Of a stretch of DNA of 64,000 nt, positions 7,224-18,200 are shown piece by piece. The first letter of the stretch is position 1. Every line of letters begins with the position of its first letter. The DNA is taken from the NCBI GenBank assembly GCA_964645405.1, contig CAZYCA010000044.1, positions 78,503 to 142,502 of the forward strand, given 5' to 3'. The notes under the pieces were generated by a model that did not search any database, was not told the DNA's origin, and saw only the letters and a program-made list of their open reading frames with translations. The DNA is from an uncultured bacterium. Its GTDB lineage: Bacteria; Ratteibacteria; UBA8468; B48-G9; DSTR01. A program made the position numbers and the translations under genes.

Positions 7224-10058
7224 GTGGACAAAAACAACGAGGAAAAAATTTCTGTGTTTCTCCGACGTATCAACTCCGAGTTAAGTTTTGCTGAGAAGTT
7301 TCTTTCTCTCTATCCGGATAAGAAGGCCTGGAAGGAAGTCGCTGAAGTAAAGAAAATTCTGGAGAGCGAGAGAGAAAACATTTCTGCCGGAACTGCAGGC
7401 CAGCTGGTGGAAGAATGTGAAAAAAGAATGTCTTATACTGCGGCATTGGCGAAAAAATTGACTGTCCATGCAGTTGGTCATGCCCATATTGATATGAACT
7501 GGACCTGGCCGTTAGATGAGACGCTGGCAGTCATCAGGGACACCTTCAGCACTGTTTTAACCTTAATGGACAGATACCCGGAGTTTACTTTTTCCCAGAG
7601 CCAGGCTGCTGTGTATTACCTTCTGGAAAAGTATTATCCGGAATTGTTAGAAAGGATAAAAGAAGCGGTGAAGAAAAAAAGGTGGGAGGTTTCTTCTGTT
7701 ACCTGGGTAGAAGCAGACAAAAATTTATCCTCCGGGGAGAGTCAAATAAGGCAGATTCTTCTAACGAAGAAATATTTTAAGAGAATTTTTGATTTACCTG
7801 AGGAAGAAATGGTTTTAGATTTTGAACCTGATACCTTCGGGCATGCTGTCATTGTTCCTTCTATTCTTGCAGGAGCTGGTGTTAAATACTACTACCACTG
7901 TCGTGGTTCCCAGGGTCCGAAACTGGCCAGGTGGGTGGGTCCTGACGGCGGTGAGGTACTGGTATATTTTGAAAAAGATAGCTGGTATATCAAACACGGA
8001 GACAGGGTTACTCCGGAAGCCATTGGTGATTTTGCCCTGATGAACCTGAAGCAGACGGCTCTGGCTGTGGCTCTTTTTGTTTATGGTATAGGTGACCATG
8101 GCGGTGGTCCCACAGTGCGAGATATTGAAAATATCCAGCAGGCATCTTCCTGGCCGGTTTTCCCTACAGTTATTTTCTCCAGTTATAAAAGATTTTTCTC
8201 TGCCATAGAACCCTTCCGGGAGAAACTTCCTGTCATCAGAGGGGAACTCAATTTTATGTTCACCGGTTGCTATAGCTCGCAATCAGAGATTAAAAAAGCC
8301 AACCGAGCTGGTGAACGTTATCTGAGACAGGCGGAAACCTGTGCCTGTTTGGCTTCACGGCTGGACCACAAATTTTCTTATCCTGAAGATTTGTTAGAGA
8401 ATGCCTGGAGAAAGCATCTCTTCAACCAGTTTCATGATATTCTGCCTGGTTCAGGGAAGCCTGAAACCAGGGAATATGCGTTAGGTCAGTTTCAGGAAAT
8501 TGCTGCCGCTACTTCCGCTGTCAGAACAAAAGCCCTGAGTTGTTTCACAGAATTGATTAATACCCGGGAAGCAGTCAAACTTTCAGGTTTTAAAGGTGGA
8601 AGGTCTGATTTATCCCTGGGCGCTGGTGCTGGTTTTCTCCAGAAGCAACGCGGTATCTCCTTACCAGGAAGTGATGATGCAGCCACCCGGGTTTTTCTCG
8701 TGTATAACTGCTGTCCTTTTCCCCGAACAGAAGTAGTAGAAGCTATTCTCTGGGATATGCCAGGCGAGTATCCTTTTGCGGTCAAGGATAGCCGTGGCCA
8801 GATTGTTATTTCTCAGCTGTTAGAAGGTAATGGACATTACTGGGGACACTGTTACCAGCGTCTTCTTTTTCTGGCGGAAAATGTGCCGCCTTTAGGTTAC
8901 CGAACCTATGTTGTGGGGGAAACCCCAGAAGCTAAATCTGAGGAGAAAAAAAAGTATGATTACCGTCTGGAAAAACCCCTGGTTTTCTCTTTAGAAAACG
9001 ATATTCTGCGCTTAGAGTTAGACAACATTTCCGGTGGTATTAAGCGCCTGTTATGGAAAAAAGACGGGCGGGAAATGGTAAAGCCTGGCCAGCTATTGGC
9101 TCTTTTCCGCCTGATAGAGGAGCGCTTTCCGCTCGGCTGGGGTATGACAGCCTGGCTGGTGGGAACCCATTCGCTGATTGAGAACCTGGAAGGTGTAAGT
9201 TTTTCTGCTGATTCGGTTTTTCAGGGTCCTTTGCGCTGGAGTATCACCTTTACTGGAAAAATCAGACATTCTGACCTGAAAGTGACTTATTCCTTAGACC
9301 GTGGAAGCTGTGATATTCGGCTGGAATGCCAGTGTTTCTGGAGAGAATGGGGTGAAAAGGAAAAGTTTGTTCCCCAATTGAATGTGATTTTCCCTGTGGC
9401 AGTGAAGGAATCAGTCAGGCATTATGAAGTTCCTTTTGGCTGGGTGGAAAGAAAAGAAAAAGATATGGACTTACCTACCTGGAGGTGGGCAGACATCTGC
9501 GGGAAAACCAGTGGCAGCAGGAATAAAATAGGGCTGACCGTTTATACTGATAGCAAGCACGGAATTCGGGCAGGAGATAATTTTCTGGCTGTTTCTCTTC
9601 TTCGTAGCAGTTACGACCCGGACCCCTTTCCGGAAATAGGGCAGCATAGTTTTACCCTTATTCTTTCTCCTCATCCAGGCAAATTTCAACCAGAAAATTG
9701 CTTCCAGAAGGCTGAAACTAATGATTTTCCCCTTCTGGTTTTTCCAGCCAGCAGCCACACTGGAATTCTACCTCCGGATTCTTTCCTCGTAGAACTGGCA
9801 GAGAAAAATGTGGTTTTTTCCGCTCTTAAGAAGCAGGAAGAAGACAATGGACTGATTATACGGTTTTATGAAGTCGCTGGGAAAAAGACTGTTTTTCATC
9901 TCCGGTTTAACAGACAACTTTTTCCTGCAGGTGTGAAAGTTACGGAGACAGATTTACTGGAGAACGCAAAAGGTAGAAGCAAGTCCTTCCCGGACGGTAC
10001 TGTTACCTGGGAGATTAAAGCCAGGGGGTTACTAACCCTTCTGGTGGAACCACTTTAG
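7224..10058 (+). CDS. Glycoside hydrolase family 38 alpha-mannosidase (cytoplasmic, no signal peptide)
   Basis: 944 aa. N-terminal GH38 catalytic-core signature VHAVGHAHIDMNWTW, followed by the large GH38 central/C-terminal beta domains. GTG start at 7224. Confidence 0.75.
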   Translation: MDKNNEEKISVFLRRINSELSFAEKFLSLYPDKKAWKEVAEVKKILESERENISAGTAGQLVEECEKRMSYTAALAKKLTVHAVGHAHIDMNWTWPLDETLAVIRDTFSTVLTLMDRYPEFTFSQSQAAVYYLLEKYYPELLERIKEAVKKKRWEVSSVTWVEADKNLSSGESQIRQILLTKKYFKRIFDLPEEEMVLDFEPDTFGHAVIVPSILAGAGVKYYYHCRGSQGPKLARWVGPDGGEVLVYFEKDSWYIKHGDRVTPEAIGDFALMNLKQTALAVALFVYGIGDHGGGPTVRDIENIQQASSWPVFPTVIFSSYKRFFSAIEPFREKLPVIRGELNFMFTGCYSSQSEIKKANRAGERYLRQAETCACLASRLDHKFSYPEDLLENAWRKHLFNQFHDILPGSGKPETREYALGQFQEIAAATSAVRTKALSCFTELINTREAVKLSGFKGGRSDLSLGAGAGFLQKQRGISLPGSDDAATRVFLVYNCCPFPRTEVVEAILWDMPGEYPFAVKDSRGQIVISQLLEGNGHYWGHCYQRLLFLAENVPPLGYRTYVVGETPEAKSEEKKKYDYRLEKPLVFSLENDILRLELDNISGGIKRLLWKKDGREMVKPGQLLALFRLIEERFPLGWGMTAWLVGTHSLIENLEGVSFSADSVFQGPLRWSITFTGKIRHSDLKVTYSLDRGSCDIRLECQCFWREWGEKEKFVPQLNVIFPVAVKESVRHYEVPFGWVERKEKDMDLPTWRWADICGKTSGSRNKIGLTVYTDSKHGIRAGDNFLAVSLLRSSYDPDPFPEIGQHSFTLILSPHPGKFQPENCFQKAETNDFPLLVFPASSHTGILPPDSFLVELAEKNVVFSALKKQEEDNGLIIRFYEVAGKKTVFHLRFNRQLFPAGVKVTETDLLENAKGRSKSFPDGTVTWEIKARGLLTLLVEPL

Positions 10059-10060
10059 GA

Positions 10061-11908
10061 TTAAAGGGTATACCGGTTACCTTTTGAACCATTCAACCAG
10101 TTAGTGAATCTTTCCTGGTGAATCATGGAAAGCCGGATAAGAGCATCCACGGCAACATAGCTGGAAAGCTCACTTCTGTTATTTTCTAAAAAAGACTGGA
10201 TTTGTTCTTCATTTTTCGCGCCCTCTGTAAAATTTCCTGTCAGTTCATAATCCCAGCTTTTTTTCCCTGCTTGCACGTATTCTATCCAGAGTAAATAACG
10301 GTTTACCCATTTCTGGTAAGGCATCTGAAGGAGGAATTCTTTAAGCAATTTCAGCTGTTTTACCGGGTTATGTTCCTTACCCAGTACATTTTGCACCTGC
10401 CTCAGTTTTTCTCTTAAAAAAGTACCTGATTTTCCAGCCAGTGCCTGGTAGTACTGTCTGGAGAGCTCTTCAGGATTTTCCTTCAAACTCCAGAGGATTT
10501 TGCCCAGGGACCACTGAGGGAAAATATCAGGCCAGCCATCAAAAATAGAACAAAGGTAAAAAACCTGTACATCATGCCGGGTATACCAGCGAACTTCGTC
10601 AAAGCGGATTTCCACGCGGGGATGGTAGAGATACCTGGGACGGTCAAAACGTCTGGTTTCATCATAGAAGCTTCCTCCGTATTCAAAAATGCCCAATCCC
10701 TGGTTTGTTTCCTTTACAACTTTAGACCATTTCCGAAACAATTTTCCATACTCTCTTTCATCCACCGGATTAATGATATCAGGTTCCGGATAACGTGTGC
10801 CCAGGGTAAGCTCTGGTCCAGATGGCTGGTAGATACGCTTTTGGTATGGCCTCAGGTAAGGACAAAGCATAGTGAAACAACGCTCATTAGGCTGGAGTTT
10901 CTTCCAGGGCAGATTGAGGAGATTAGAATAAGCAATCAGTTCTATCACTGTAGAAGATGGCAGTTTCTCAGACAGAAGGCTGGCGAGATGGTAAAGATGT
11001 TCATAAGGCGTTTTTTCCACGCACCTGGGACACTGACACCAGTTATTAACGCCATCATGTGGCCAGAGACCAAATATTTCTGCCTGGGGGAAACTCATCA
11101 TATGTTCTGCCATGCGGTCAGTAATAAATTCCGCTGCCTCCTGGTTGGAATAACAGGGCTGGATAGGAAGCTCGGCATTCAGATGCGGACAATCAGGTAT
11201 AACTACCTGGTCTGTAAGAACACGTCTTCCGTTTCTATAACCAAACCAGTCAGGATGCTGGAGAAACTTTTCTTCCGGCAGAAAGTATTTCATGGCGTGG
11301 TCACCCAGTGTCAGATGGATACACCGACTGGCACAGAGTTGAAGTATTTCCTTCCGGTAACACTCCTTCTGACTCATCCAGTAAGCACTATTTCTTCTCC
11401 ACAGGTTCCAGCGATTGCGGTTCATCCATCTGATAAAGGCGCGGTTGTCTCCATTGGGACTGCCCCCATCCCGTCCCCGGAAAGGGAAAAGAGGTTTCTG
11501 AACTCCAGCAGGTAAGGCTTTTCTCTTGCCAAAAAGAATATCCCTGTCTTCCAAACCAGCCCAGATAACCCCTGTTAAACACTGTAAAACTTCCTGAACT
11601 CCGTAGAGTGCGCCTTCGTTACCTCCAGCAACCACCCAGATTCGCCTGTCAGTATTTATCAACTGGAAACTCTGTCGGGTAATTTCCCGGGCGCACCGGC
11701 TGTGAAAAGAATCCGGTATTTTGGGTTCTGGTTTCTTTACCCTGTGGGAAGGAAGGTTAACAGGGATATTCCGGTTTTCCAGACTTATTACCACCAGAGA
11801 AATTCCTGCCAGTTGTTTTCTTGCCTCCTTATACTTTTCCACAGATTCAATATCTTCCCTGATACTTTCAAGAATTGTAGCGGAAACATTGGTGTGTTCA
11901 ACCTTCAT
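10061..11908 (-). CDS. DUF4838-like putative glycoside hydrolase (no signal peptide); last gene of the long minus-strand operon
   Basis: About 615 aa from MKVEHTNV... (the ORF-track start at 11971 would overlap the upstream gene, so the ATG at 11908 is preferred). Contains the WCQCPRC Cys cluster and a TIM-barrel-like core. The family assignment is from memory only. Confidence 0.45.
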   Translation of the reverse strand: MKVEHTNVSATILESIREDIESVEKYKEARKQLAGISLVVISLENRNIPVNLPSHRVKKPEPKIPDSFHSRCAREITRQSFQLINTDRRIWVVAGGNEGALYGVQEVLQCLTGVIWAGLEDRDILFGKRKALPAGVQKPLFPFRGRDGGSPNGDNRAFIRWMNRNRWNLWRRNSAYWMSQKECYRKEILQLCASRCIHLTLGDHAMKYFLPEEKFLQHPDWFGYRNGRRVLTDQVVIPDCPHLNAELPIQPCYSNQEAAEFITDRMAEHMMSFPQAEIFGLWPHDGVNNWCQCPRCVEKTPYEHLYHLASLLSEKLPSSTVIELIAYSNLLNLPWKKLQPNERCFTMLCPYLRPYQKRIYQPSGPELTLGTRYPEPDIINPVDEREYGKLFRKWSKVVKETNQGLGIFEYGGSFYDETRRFDRPRYLYHPRVEIRFDEVRWYTRHDVQVFYLCSIFDGWPDIFPQWSLGKILWSLKENPEELSRQYYQALAGKSGTFLREKLRQVQNVLGKEHNPVKQLKLLKEFLLQMPYQKWVNRYLLWIEYVQAGKKSWDYELTGNFTEGAKNEEQIQSFLENNRSELSSYVAVDALIRLSMIHQERFTNWLNGSKGNRYTL

Positions 11909-11930
11909 TTTTCCCCCGCTTTTTTGGAAA

Positions 11931-14900
11931 TTATTTTGCGCTGAGTTTTTCCTGTAACTGTTCAATGGCACTGGCTACTTTTTCCCGGCAGGCCAGAATA
12001 AGTTCATACGGCATGTTATAGTCATTCAAGGTTGGAAAAACATCATTCCAGATATTCTCCAGAATGTTTTGCGCTTTTTCTGCTTCTTTGTCCCATCCTT
12101 TTTCCTTTGCCTGAAGAATCATACTCCTTAAAAGATTTACATACCAGGCATCTTCCATCCCTTCCCTGATAATCTCCCATCTAATACTATCGACGGGCGA
12201 AGTGTCCACCCATCCTTTCCCTGGTTTTATCCAGGCAGGTTTCTCTGGATGCACAGGATACATTACGGAATTCCAGTGGCTATACCGGGAACGCCAGACT
12301 TCGTCATGGTCCTCCCAGCATTGTATTCCCCACCAGGAAATCAAATCAAGGTCATAACGAGCTGCCTGCCAGAGGTAACTGCGCCATTCTGAGGCTGGAG
12401 CAGAAACCGCAGTTTTTGGTGGAGGACCACAGTTGTACCAGGAAACCAGATCTCCTGCCTGCTTAGCCTTCTGGAAAAATGTACTGTTATGGAGCATGTA
12501 AAGAATCTGCCAGAGTTTAACAACACCCAGTCCTTTTTCTGCTTCCTGGTAATCAATGTTGTTAAAGGCAGTCATAAGAGGCATGCCAGCAGCTCTGGCT
12601 GCAGGAGTCAGTTTCTCCCACCAGTATTGAAAACCAGGTGGTTCATCACTTACTTTCAGAACAAACCGCTCCAGCCATCCTTTTCTGAGAAGGTGTTTTT
12701 TGAAAAGACCAATCATTTCCTCAGCATAGTAGTCAGCAATCCAGTGAACTCCTTCTCTTGATGTTTTTCCCTCAAACCTTTTAGGAAAAATTTTTTTGAA
12801 TTCTGAATGTTGTCTCCCCAGCAGCGCAAGTTCATAAAGCATATAACGAAGATTCCAGGGTTTTCCAGCCGCGTCAATGGTTTCCACCAGCCAGTCAAAG
12901 TAACTGGTATCTAAAGCTACAGTCCCATCATCATTAACTTCCAGCCAGTCAATATCCAGGTTTTTGTATTTCCCTTCCGGGCTGAAATGCCAGCGAAACA
13001 TTTCAGGAGGTCCCAGGTGGATAACTCTCATCCCGTGTTCTACAAGATTAATTACCAGGGATTCAATGTCCTGTTTCTTCAGTTCCCTTCTGGCATCAGG
13101 AGGAAACTGATTCAGGTGTATGTAGGGGTCACCACCCAACCCTTTCTCAGGAATGCTGAAATTGCGAACAGTCAGTTCCAGTGGAATGGTTTGTGAGACA
13201 TCATCTCCGGTGCAGGTTAAGGTGGAGTGGTAAACGCCAGGCTCAGCATTCTCAGATACTATTACTGTGAGCCAGAGCGCCTGGGTTTGCCCGGCATCCA
13301 GGGAGGAAACAGGTCTTTCCAGAAGCACATCAGGGTATCCTGTCCACCCTTTTTCCCAGCGGTCAGGTTCAACTGGATAATAGTAAACCCACCTTAACCA
13401 TAGAGGAGCATGTTTTTTTCTGAATGCTGTCTTATACCTTCTGTCAATTTCTTTACCTGTTTTTTCATGGACTAATGGGCTCAAAGTTACTTTCAGGTTT
13501 TTGATTTTCTGAAAAGCAGTAATGGCCAGTTGTTCTACCTCGTATTCACCTCTGGCTGCCTTCAAAGAAACTTTTTCTTTCTTTTCTTTGTGGGCTCTAC
13601 TGTAAGGATAGATTTTCCTGTCAGCACCGGCTACCCAGAAAATAAATCCTTCTGGTTCTTTTTTCTCTTTCAGGTAGTCGGTGATAAATTTTCTGGCTGC
13701 TTTCACAGTTCCAGAGGCATCACTGCCGGAAATCAGAAGTACCGATTCCTGGGTATCTTCGTAGTGGGGATAAAAAAGAATTGCACCCTTCCCCTTACCT
13801 GGCCAGGTAAGGCTCACGGAGTTTTTCCACCAGCCTATTTCTTTGACTACCTGGTTGGTTTCTGGATTTCCGATAATTAACAATTTGCCCCCGGGATTTG
13901 TCCAGGCTAGCCCAGCTCCTGTTTTTCTGGCAATAGTAATTGCCTGTTTTTTTTCCTCCGGGGAAGCCTCTGCAGAACAGTAAATGGTAAAATCACTTTC
14001 CTGAAGAAACTGGTCAATCTGTTTTTGCTGCTGCCTCTGGTAAACATCGGTTTTCACCGGTGGCAGATTCACCGGCTTTGTTTTGACTTCTATTTGACTG
14101 AGATTAAATTTTCCAGAAGAATCAACCTGGCCTATTGTTTTTCCAGCACTATCCACCGCCACAAGTTTCCAGTCAGAGTTGACCTGTGTTTTAATAATCA
14201 GGGTAGTGTCAGGACAGGCTCTATATTCAGCAATCCTGTTGCCTGTTTTTTCAACGACAAGTAACTTACCAGTAAAGAAAGGAATGATTTTCCCCTGGAG
14301 AAGATTTTGCTCACAAAAGAAAGGGTAAACAACAAGAAATAAAGGATTGATTCCATAAACCTTTTCCTTTACACCGGTGCAGGAGGACAAATAAACCTTT
14401 GTTTCCCAGGTATCTCCAGGCTTGAGCACCAGGGTTTTCAGGACCGGTTCCAGGGTGATTCCCGGACAGTTATAGAAACCAACAAGGGTTTTTTCCTCCA
14501 CCAGAAAACAGAGGGTGTCAGAACTGCTGCGGTTAACCCAGGCAGCCCAGTTTCCTTTCAAAACAGGTGTTGGAAGCTTTCCTGAGACCCAGTGCCGGGC
14601 TGGCTCATCCTTCCAGGAAGCGTTAAAAAATTTATCATTTTTGTATTTTTCTCTGTACTGCGTTAAATTTAGAGATTGATCCAGTTCCAGAATCCCTGCT
14701 TCTGTTTCCAGAAAAATGGTGTCATCCTTTTTTTGATATTTCCCTCTGGCACCAGGGCTGGCAGCGCTGTGAAGTCGCAGGGAAAAAGCAGAAACTTCCC
14801 CGCAAATGTTTTCTAATTTATAGCTCAGTTCAATAGTAGCCAGATCTCTTCTAAGGACCCATTTTTTTGTCAGCCGATAGGCTCCTTCACTTACCTGAAT

Positions 14901-15266
14901 CAAAACCGCGCCAGAACCATCCTGGTTTGTTCCATAAACTACGGGAATAAAAAGCCTTCCTGCCTGAGGTGCTTTACCCTGAAACTCTTTCCAGTTAACC
15001 GGGTCCCATTGCTCGCCCAGAAGATGTCCTCTGACATAATCTGTCTGTCCGTAAAGAACATCCACCATTTCATAGCCTGTGGATTTGAAAAACCAGGATA
15101 GAATACCCTGACTGCTACCCGGACGGCTGCTGATTTTAATATGGAGGAGACTGTTTTTTAGATTGACAGAACCATCAGGGTTAATTTTCACTTCCTGAGC
15201 CAGACCCGTTCTGGTAAGTGTTATTACCAGCAGGCAGAGAGAGATAAGCAGTCTTTTTCTTTCCAT
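11931..15266 (-). CDS. Giant secreted protein (1111 aa) with a C-terminal DUF4091/GH123-like (GH20-like D-E dyad) glycosidase module
   Basis: Signal peptide MERKRLLISLCLLVITLTRTGLAQ. C-terminal module with GVYHSTLTCTGDDVSQTIPLELTVRNFSIPE, then WLERFVLKVSDEPPG, then WYNCGPP...WWG. Paralogous to modules in the two genes described at 15280 and 22135. Confidence 0.6.
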   Translation of the reverse strand: MERKRLLISLCLLVITLTRTGLAQEVKINPDGSVNLKNSLLHIKISSRPGSSQGILSWFFKSTGYEMVDVLYGQTDYVRGHLLGEQWDPVNWKEFQGKAPQAGRLFIPVVYGTNQDGSGAVLIQVSEGAYRLTKKWVLRRDLATIELSYKLENICGEVSAFSLRLHSAASPGARGKYQKKDDTIFLETEAGILELDQSLNLTQYREKYKNDKFFNASWKDEPARHWVSGKLPTPVLKGNWAAWVNRSSSDTLCFLVEEKTLVGFYNCPGITLEPVLKTLVLKPGDTWETKVYLSSCTGVKEKVYGINPLFLVVYPFFCEQNLLQGKIIPFFTGKLLVVEKTGNRIAEYRACPDTTLIIKTQVNSDWKLVAVDSAGKTIGQVDSSGKFNLSQIEVKTKPVNLPPVKTDVYQRQQQKQIDQFLQESDFTIYCSAEASPEEKKQAITIARKTGAGLAWTNPGGKLLIIGNPETNQVVKEIGWWKNSVSLTWPGKGKGAILFYPHYEDTQESVLLISGSDASGTVKAARKFITDYLKEKKEPEGFIFWVAGADRKIYPYSRAHKEKKEKVSLKAARGEYEVEQLAITAFQKIKNLKVTLSPLVHEKTGKEIDRRYKTAFRKKHAPLWLRWVYYYPVEPDRWEKGWTGYPDVLLERPVSSLDAGQTQALWLTVIVSENAEPGVYHSTLTCTGDDVSQTIPLELTVRNFSIPEKGLGGDPYIHLNQFPPDARRELKKQDIESLVINLVEHGMRVIHLGPPEMFRWHFSPEGKYKNLDIDWLEVNDDGTVALDTSYFDWLVETIDAAGKPWNLRYMLYELALLGRQHSEFKKIFPKRFEGKTSREGVHWIADYYAEEMIGLFKKHLLRKGWLERFVLKVSDEPPGFQYWWEKLTPAARAAGMPLMTAFNNIDYQEAEKGLGVVKLWQILYMLHNSTFFQKAKQAGDLVSWYNCGPPPKTAVSAPASEWRSYLWQAARYDLDLISWWGIQCWEDHDEVWRSRYSHWNSVMYPVHPEKPAWIKPGKGWVDTSPVDSIRWEIIREGMEDAWYVNLLRSMILQAKEKGWDKEAEKAQNILENIWNDVFPTLNDYNMPYELILACREKVASAIEQLQEKLSAK

Positions 15267-15279
15267 CTTCCCCCCATTT

Positions 15280-18200
15280 TTAATGAGTAATGCTTTCCAT
15301 GAGAGCTTTTCTCAGAGCAGTTTTTACTGTCTGAAAACGTTCTGGTGTGATATTGTAAAAACTCTGTCTCTCCCCTTCAGGAGCCAGTACTGGTGCAACC
15401 ATTTCTTTCAGTTTTTCCTGTCCCAGTCTCTCTTTAACCAGGAAAAGGAGTTTAATGTCCTCCTGTGCCTGGCGGAAAAGTTCCAGTCTCTGGGAACCAA
15501 TAATTCTCTTTTCAGAAGCATCAGGATAAAAAACTGTGGTCCCACCAGGCCAGCCACCTGGATAATCAGTGTTAGCGTAAACATCAAAGACAAAATGGTC
15601 CCTCAGTTCTACAACCCCTTTCCCGCCTAACTCTCCACCGGACCACATATGACTCCAGTATCCACCACCATAATAAACAGCTCCGTCACACCCTTTCAGG
15701 AAACTGTCCCAGAGAAAAAAACGAATCTGGGTGGGAGTAGTCCGCAAATCAGCATAAGGTGCTCCACCCTTGCAGGTGTAATTCCAGACAACCTCACCCT
15801 CTTTTTTTCTTTCCTGAAGAAACTTCTGACTGAAAATGGTTGGTTCCTCCTCAGACATTGTCCTGCCGTAACGAGTAACCAGGAAAATCCAGTTAGGGCA
15901 CCAGATATTGATGGTACCAATCATTTTCTCTATCTCCTTCCTGCTGGTTCTGTTATGGCAAACTGTTACCGGTAGCCCTGCTCTGCGGAAAAAAGAAGCT
16001 GCTTTCACCCAGGCATCCATATCTGCCGGTTCATCTCCCACCCGCACATAAAGCCGGTCACGATAATCCTTATTTTTTAAAGAAGCAGCCAGAGAATCAG
16101 CCAGAAGATTAAATGCCTCTTCCTCTGTGAGATTAAGTTTTTTCATCATTGTTCTGGCTACAGGCAAAAGATTATTTGGATGCCCTACGATTTCAAAACG
16201 TCCGGAAAAGCCAGCCTTTTGATAAGCAGAAATGACTTTTTCCATCCCGGTTAAATCCCAGCACGGCATTCCTTTCTCCTTGAGGAAACATTCCAGACCA
16301 TACAAACCCCAGCCACTTCCAGCTACTGTAGCCACAGTAACTCCGTGAGAAGAGAAAAGTTTCCCCAGTTGAAAGAGTGCTTTTTCATAACAGGGCTCAT
16401 CAGGTTTTAAATTCAGGTAAAGAGCAAGACTGTTTTCCCGGTAAGAATAAAGTCCGTACATCAGGTTCAAATCCATCACCCAGCCAGAGGGTAAAACTAC
16501 TGGTAAGACATTCATTTCTACAGGTATCTGGAAAGAACTATCTGCACAGTCAATCTGTATCTTTCCCTGATAAAGACCGGGTACTGCAGAATCAGGAATC
16601 AGAAAATTGAACCAGAGGGAAAGGTAACTTTCTGCCGGGACCTGGTCAGGTATTCCTGGCCACAGGGCATCATTATTCGGTTCCGGACAGACATAAACAG
16701 GCCTTTTTTCTTCAGGAATATTTAGAGGATAGGTTGGTGCTCTGTGAGGTAAAGGATGCCCGATGAGGTAAATACTTCTTGCTGCAGGATAAACAGTGCC
16801 GTCAGAATCCAGCAAGGGAAATGTCCAGTAGATATGAGAAATTTCAGACTCTATTCTTGAATTGTTTGCGTTTTTAAGGGTTACCTGCACCCGGATAATT
16901 TTTTGTTTTTCCGGGAAAAAAAGAAGAAGGTGAACTGGTTCTACTTGTCCCTGACAGGCAGTAATATGGACTTTTTCAGGTTTAGACCTTCTCATCCATG
17001 GTCTTACCCTCATTTCTGGAGAGAGAAGACGAACCTGGGGACAGGTTATGGGTTTTAAATGGAAATGCTGGATAAGATATTCCGTCGCCAGTTTTACTCC
17101 GGAAATATCCTGGCCACCAGCATAAATTACAGGAAGCCCGGTTTTTAGAAAATCAGGAATGAGAACAATTCTACCTTTCTCTGGTCCTGGATAATAGCAG
17201 TCCACAAAGCCATATCCCGGGTTATTCGCCCCTACCACAGTATTTTCTTCAGGTGTACCCACCAGAATGAGTAAAAGGTTCTCACACTGGTAGGTTGGAT
17301 ACTGGGTGTTAAGAAAATTACTGAAGTTTTTAGCGGTAAGCAAAGGAGACTGAAATGCTTTTGCCAGTTTCTCAGCACAATAGAGACTACTTTTACTCAT
17401 TTTATCTCCGCTTAGAATAGCAATGTCCATCTCCTGGAGAAGTTTTGATATTTTGTTTCTGTCTGTAGCAGTGATGGCTACCCTGCCGGAAAAAACTTCT
17501 CTCTCTTTAACATAATGCGGAGCCAGAAAATCTGTCTGAAACTTCAGGTAGTCTTTTTCCCCGAAAGAAACGTCCTCAGGTAGTTGTGGATAAAGTGTTA
17601 ATCTCATTCTCAGGGAAACAGGTTTGCCAGCAGTATATTCTGTCCCGAACTGGTGGGGATTGATGTAGTTAGATTTTTCATTGAAGTTCCATATCCACCA
17701 TTGCAGTCCGGAACGATAGGCACCAGCTTCACCTTTTTTAGCACCAAAACTGCTTTTCAGGTCATCGCAGACATAAGAGAAAGCAGAAACCTTTCCTGCA
17801 ACGGCTGACCAGCAGCAACCTGTATTTTGCTGACTTTTGGCAGGAATGCCAAAAACAACAGAGACGGGTTTTCTGGTTTTTACATCTAAGGAATGTACCA
17901 GCCAGGTTTCTGTGGTGGTATCTACCACCAGTTGTCCTGTTCCGCAGATATAAAGACTGCCGTTTTGCTCAGGGACAAAAAGGGTCTCCAGATCTATCAT
18001 CGGTGATTGCCGGTAGATAGAGATTTTACTTTTTGTTGTCCCCGGGATGATTTCCACGTTCTGGTATCTGAGCTGTGACTTTCCAGTAATTAACAAAGTC
18101 GTCCTGAATGGTCCAGAGATTATCCTGATATCTGGTTTGCCCTGAAAAAAACCCAAATGGAACCCCTCTATGGAACTGACTCCTGTCTTCTGCCCGTTCC

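Noticed and set aside
7815-8282. 155-aa minus-strand ORF within the GH38 gene
   Set aside because: It is antisense to the GH38 catalytic core and has no motifs.
10574-11515. 313-aa ORF on the plus strand, inside and antisense to the DUF4838-like gene
   Set aside because: It has no recognisable motifs and a biased, low-complexity composition, and it is fully contained within a strongly supported opposite-strand gene. It is a typical shadow ORF.
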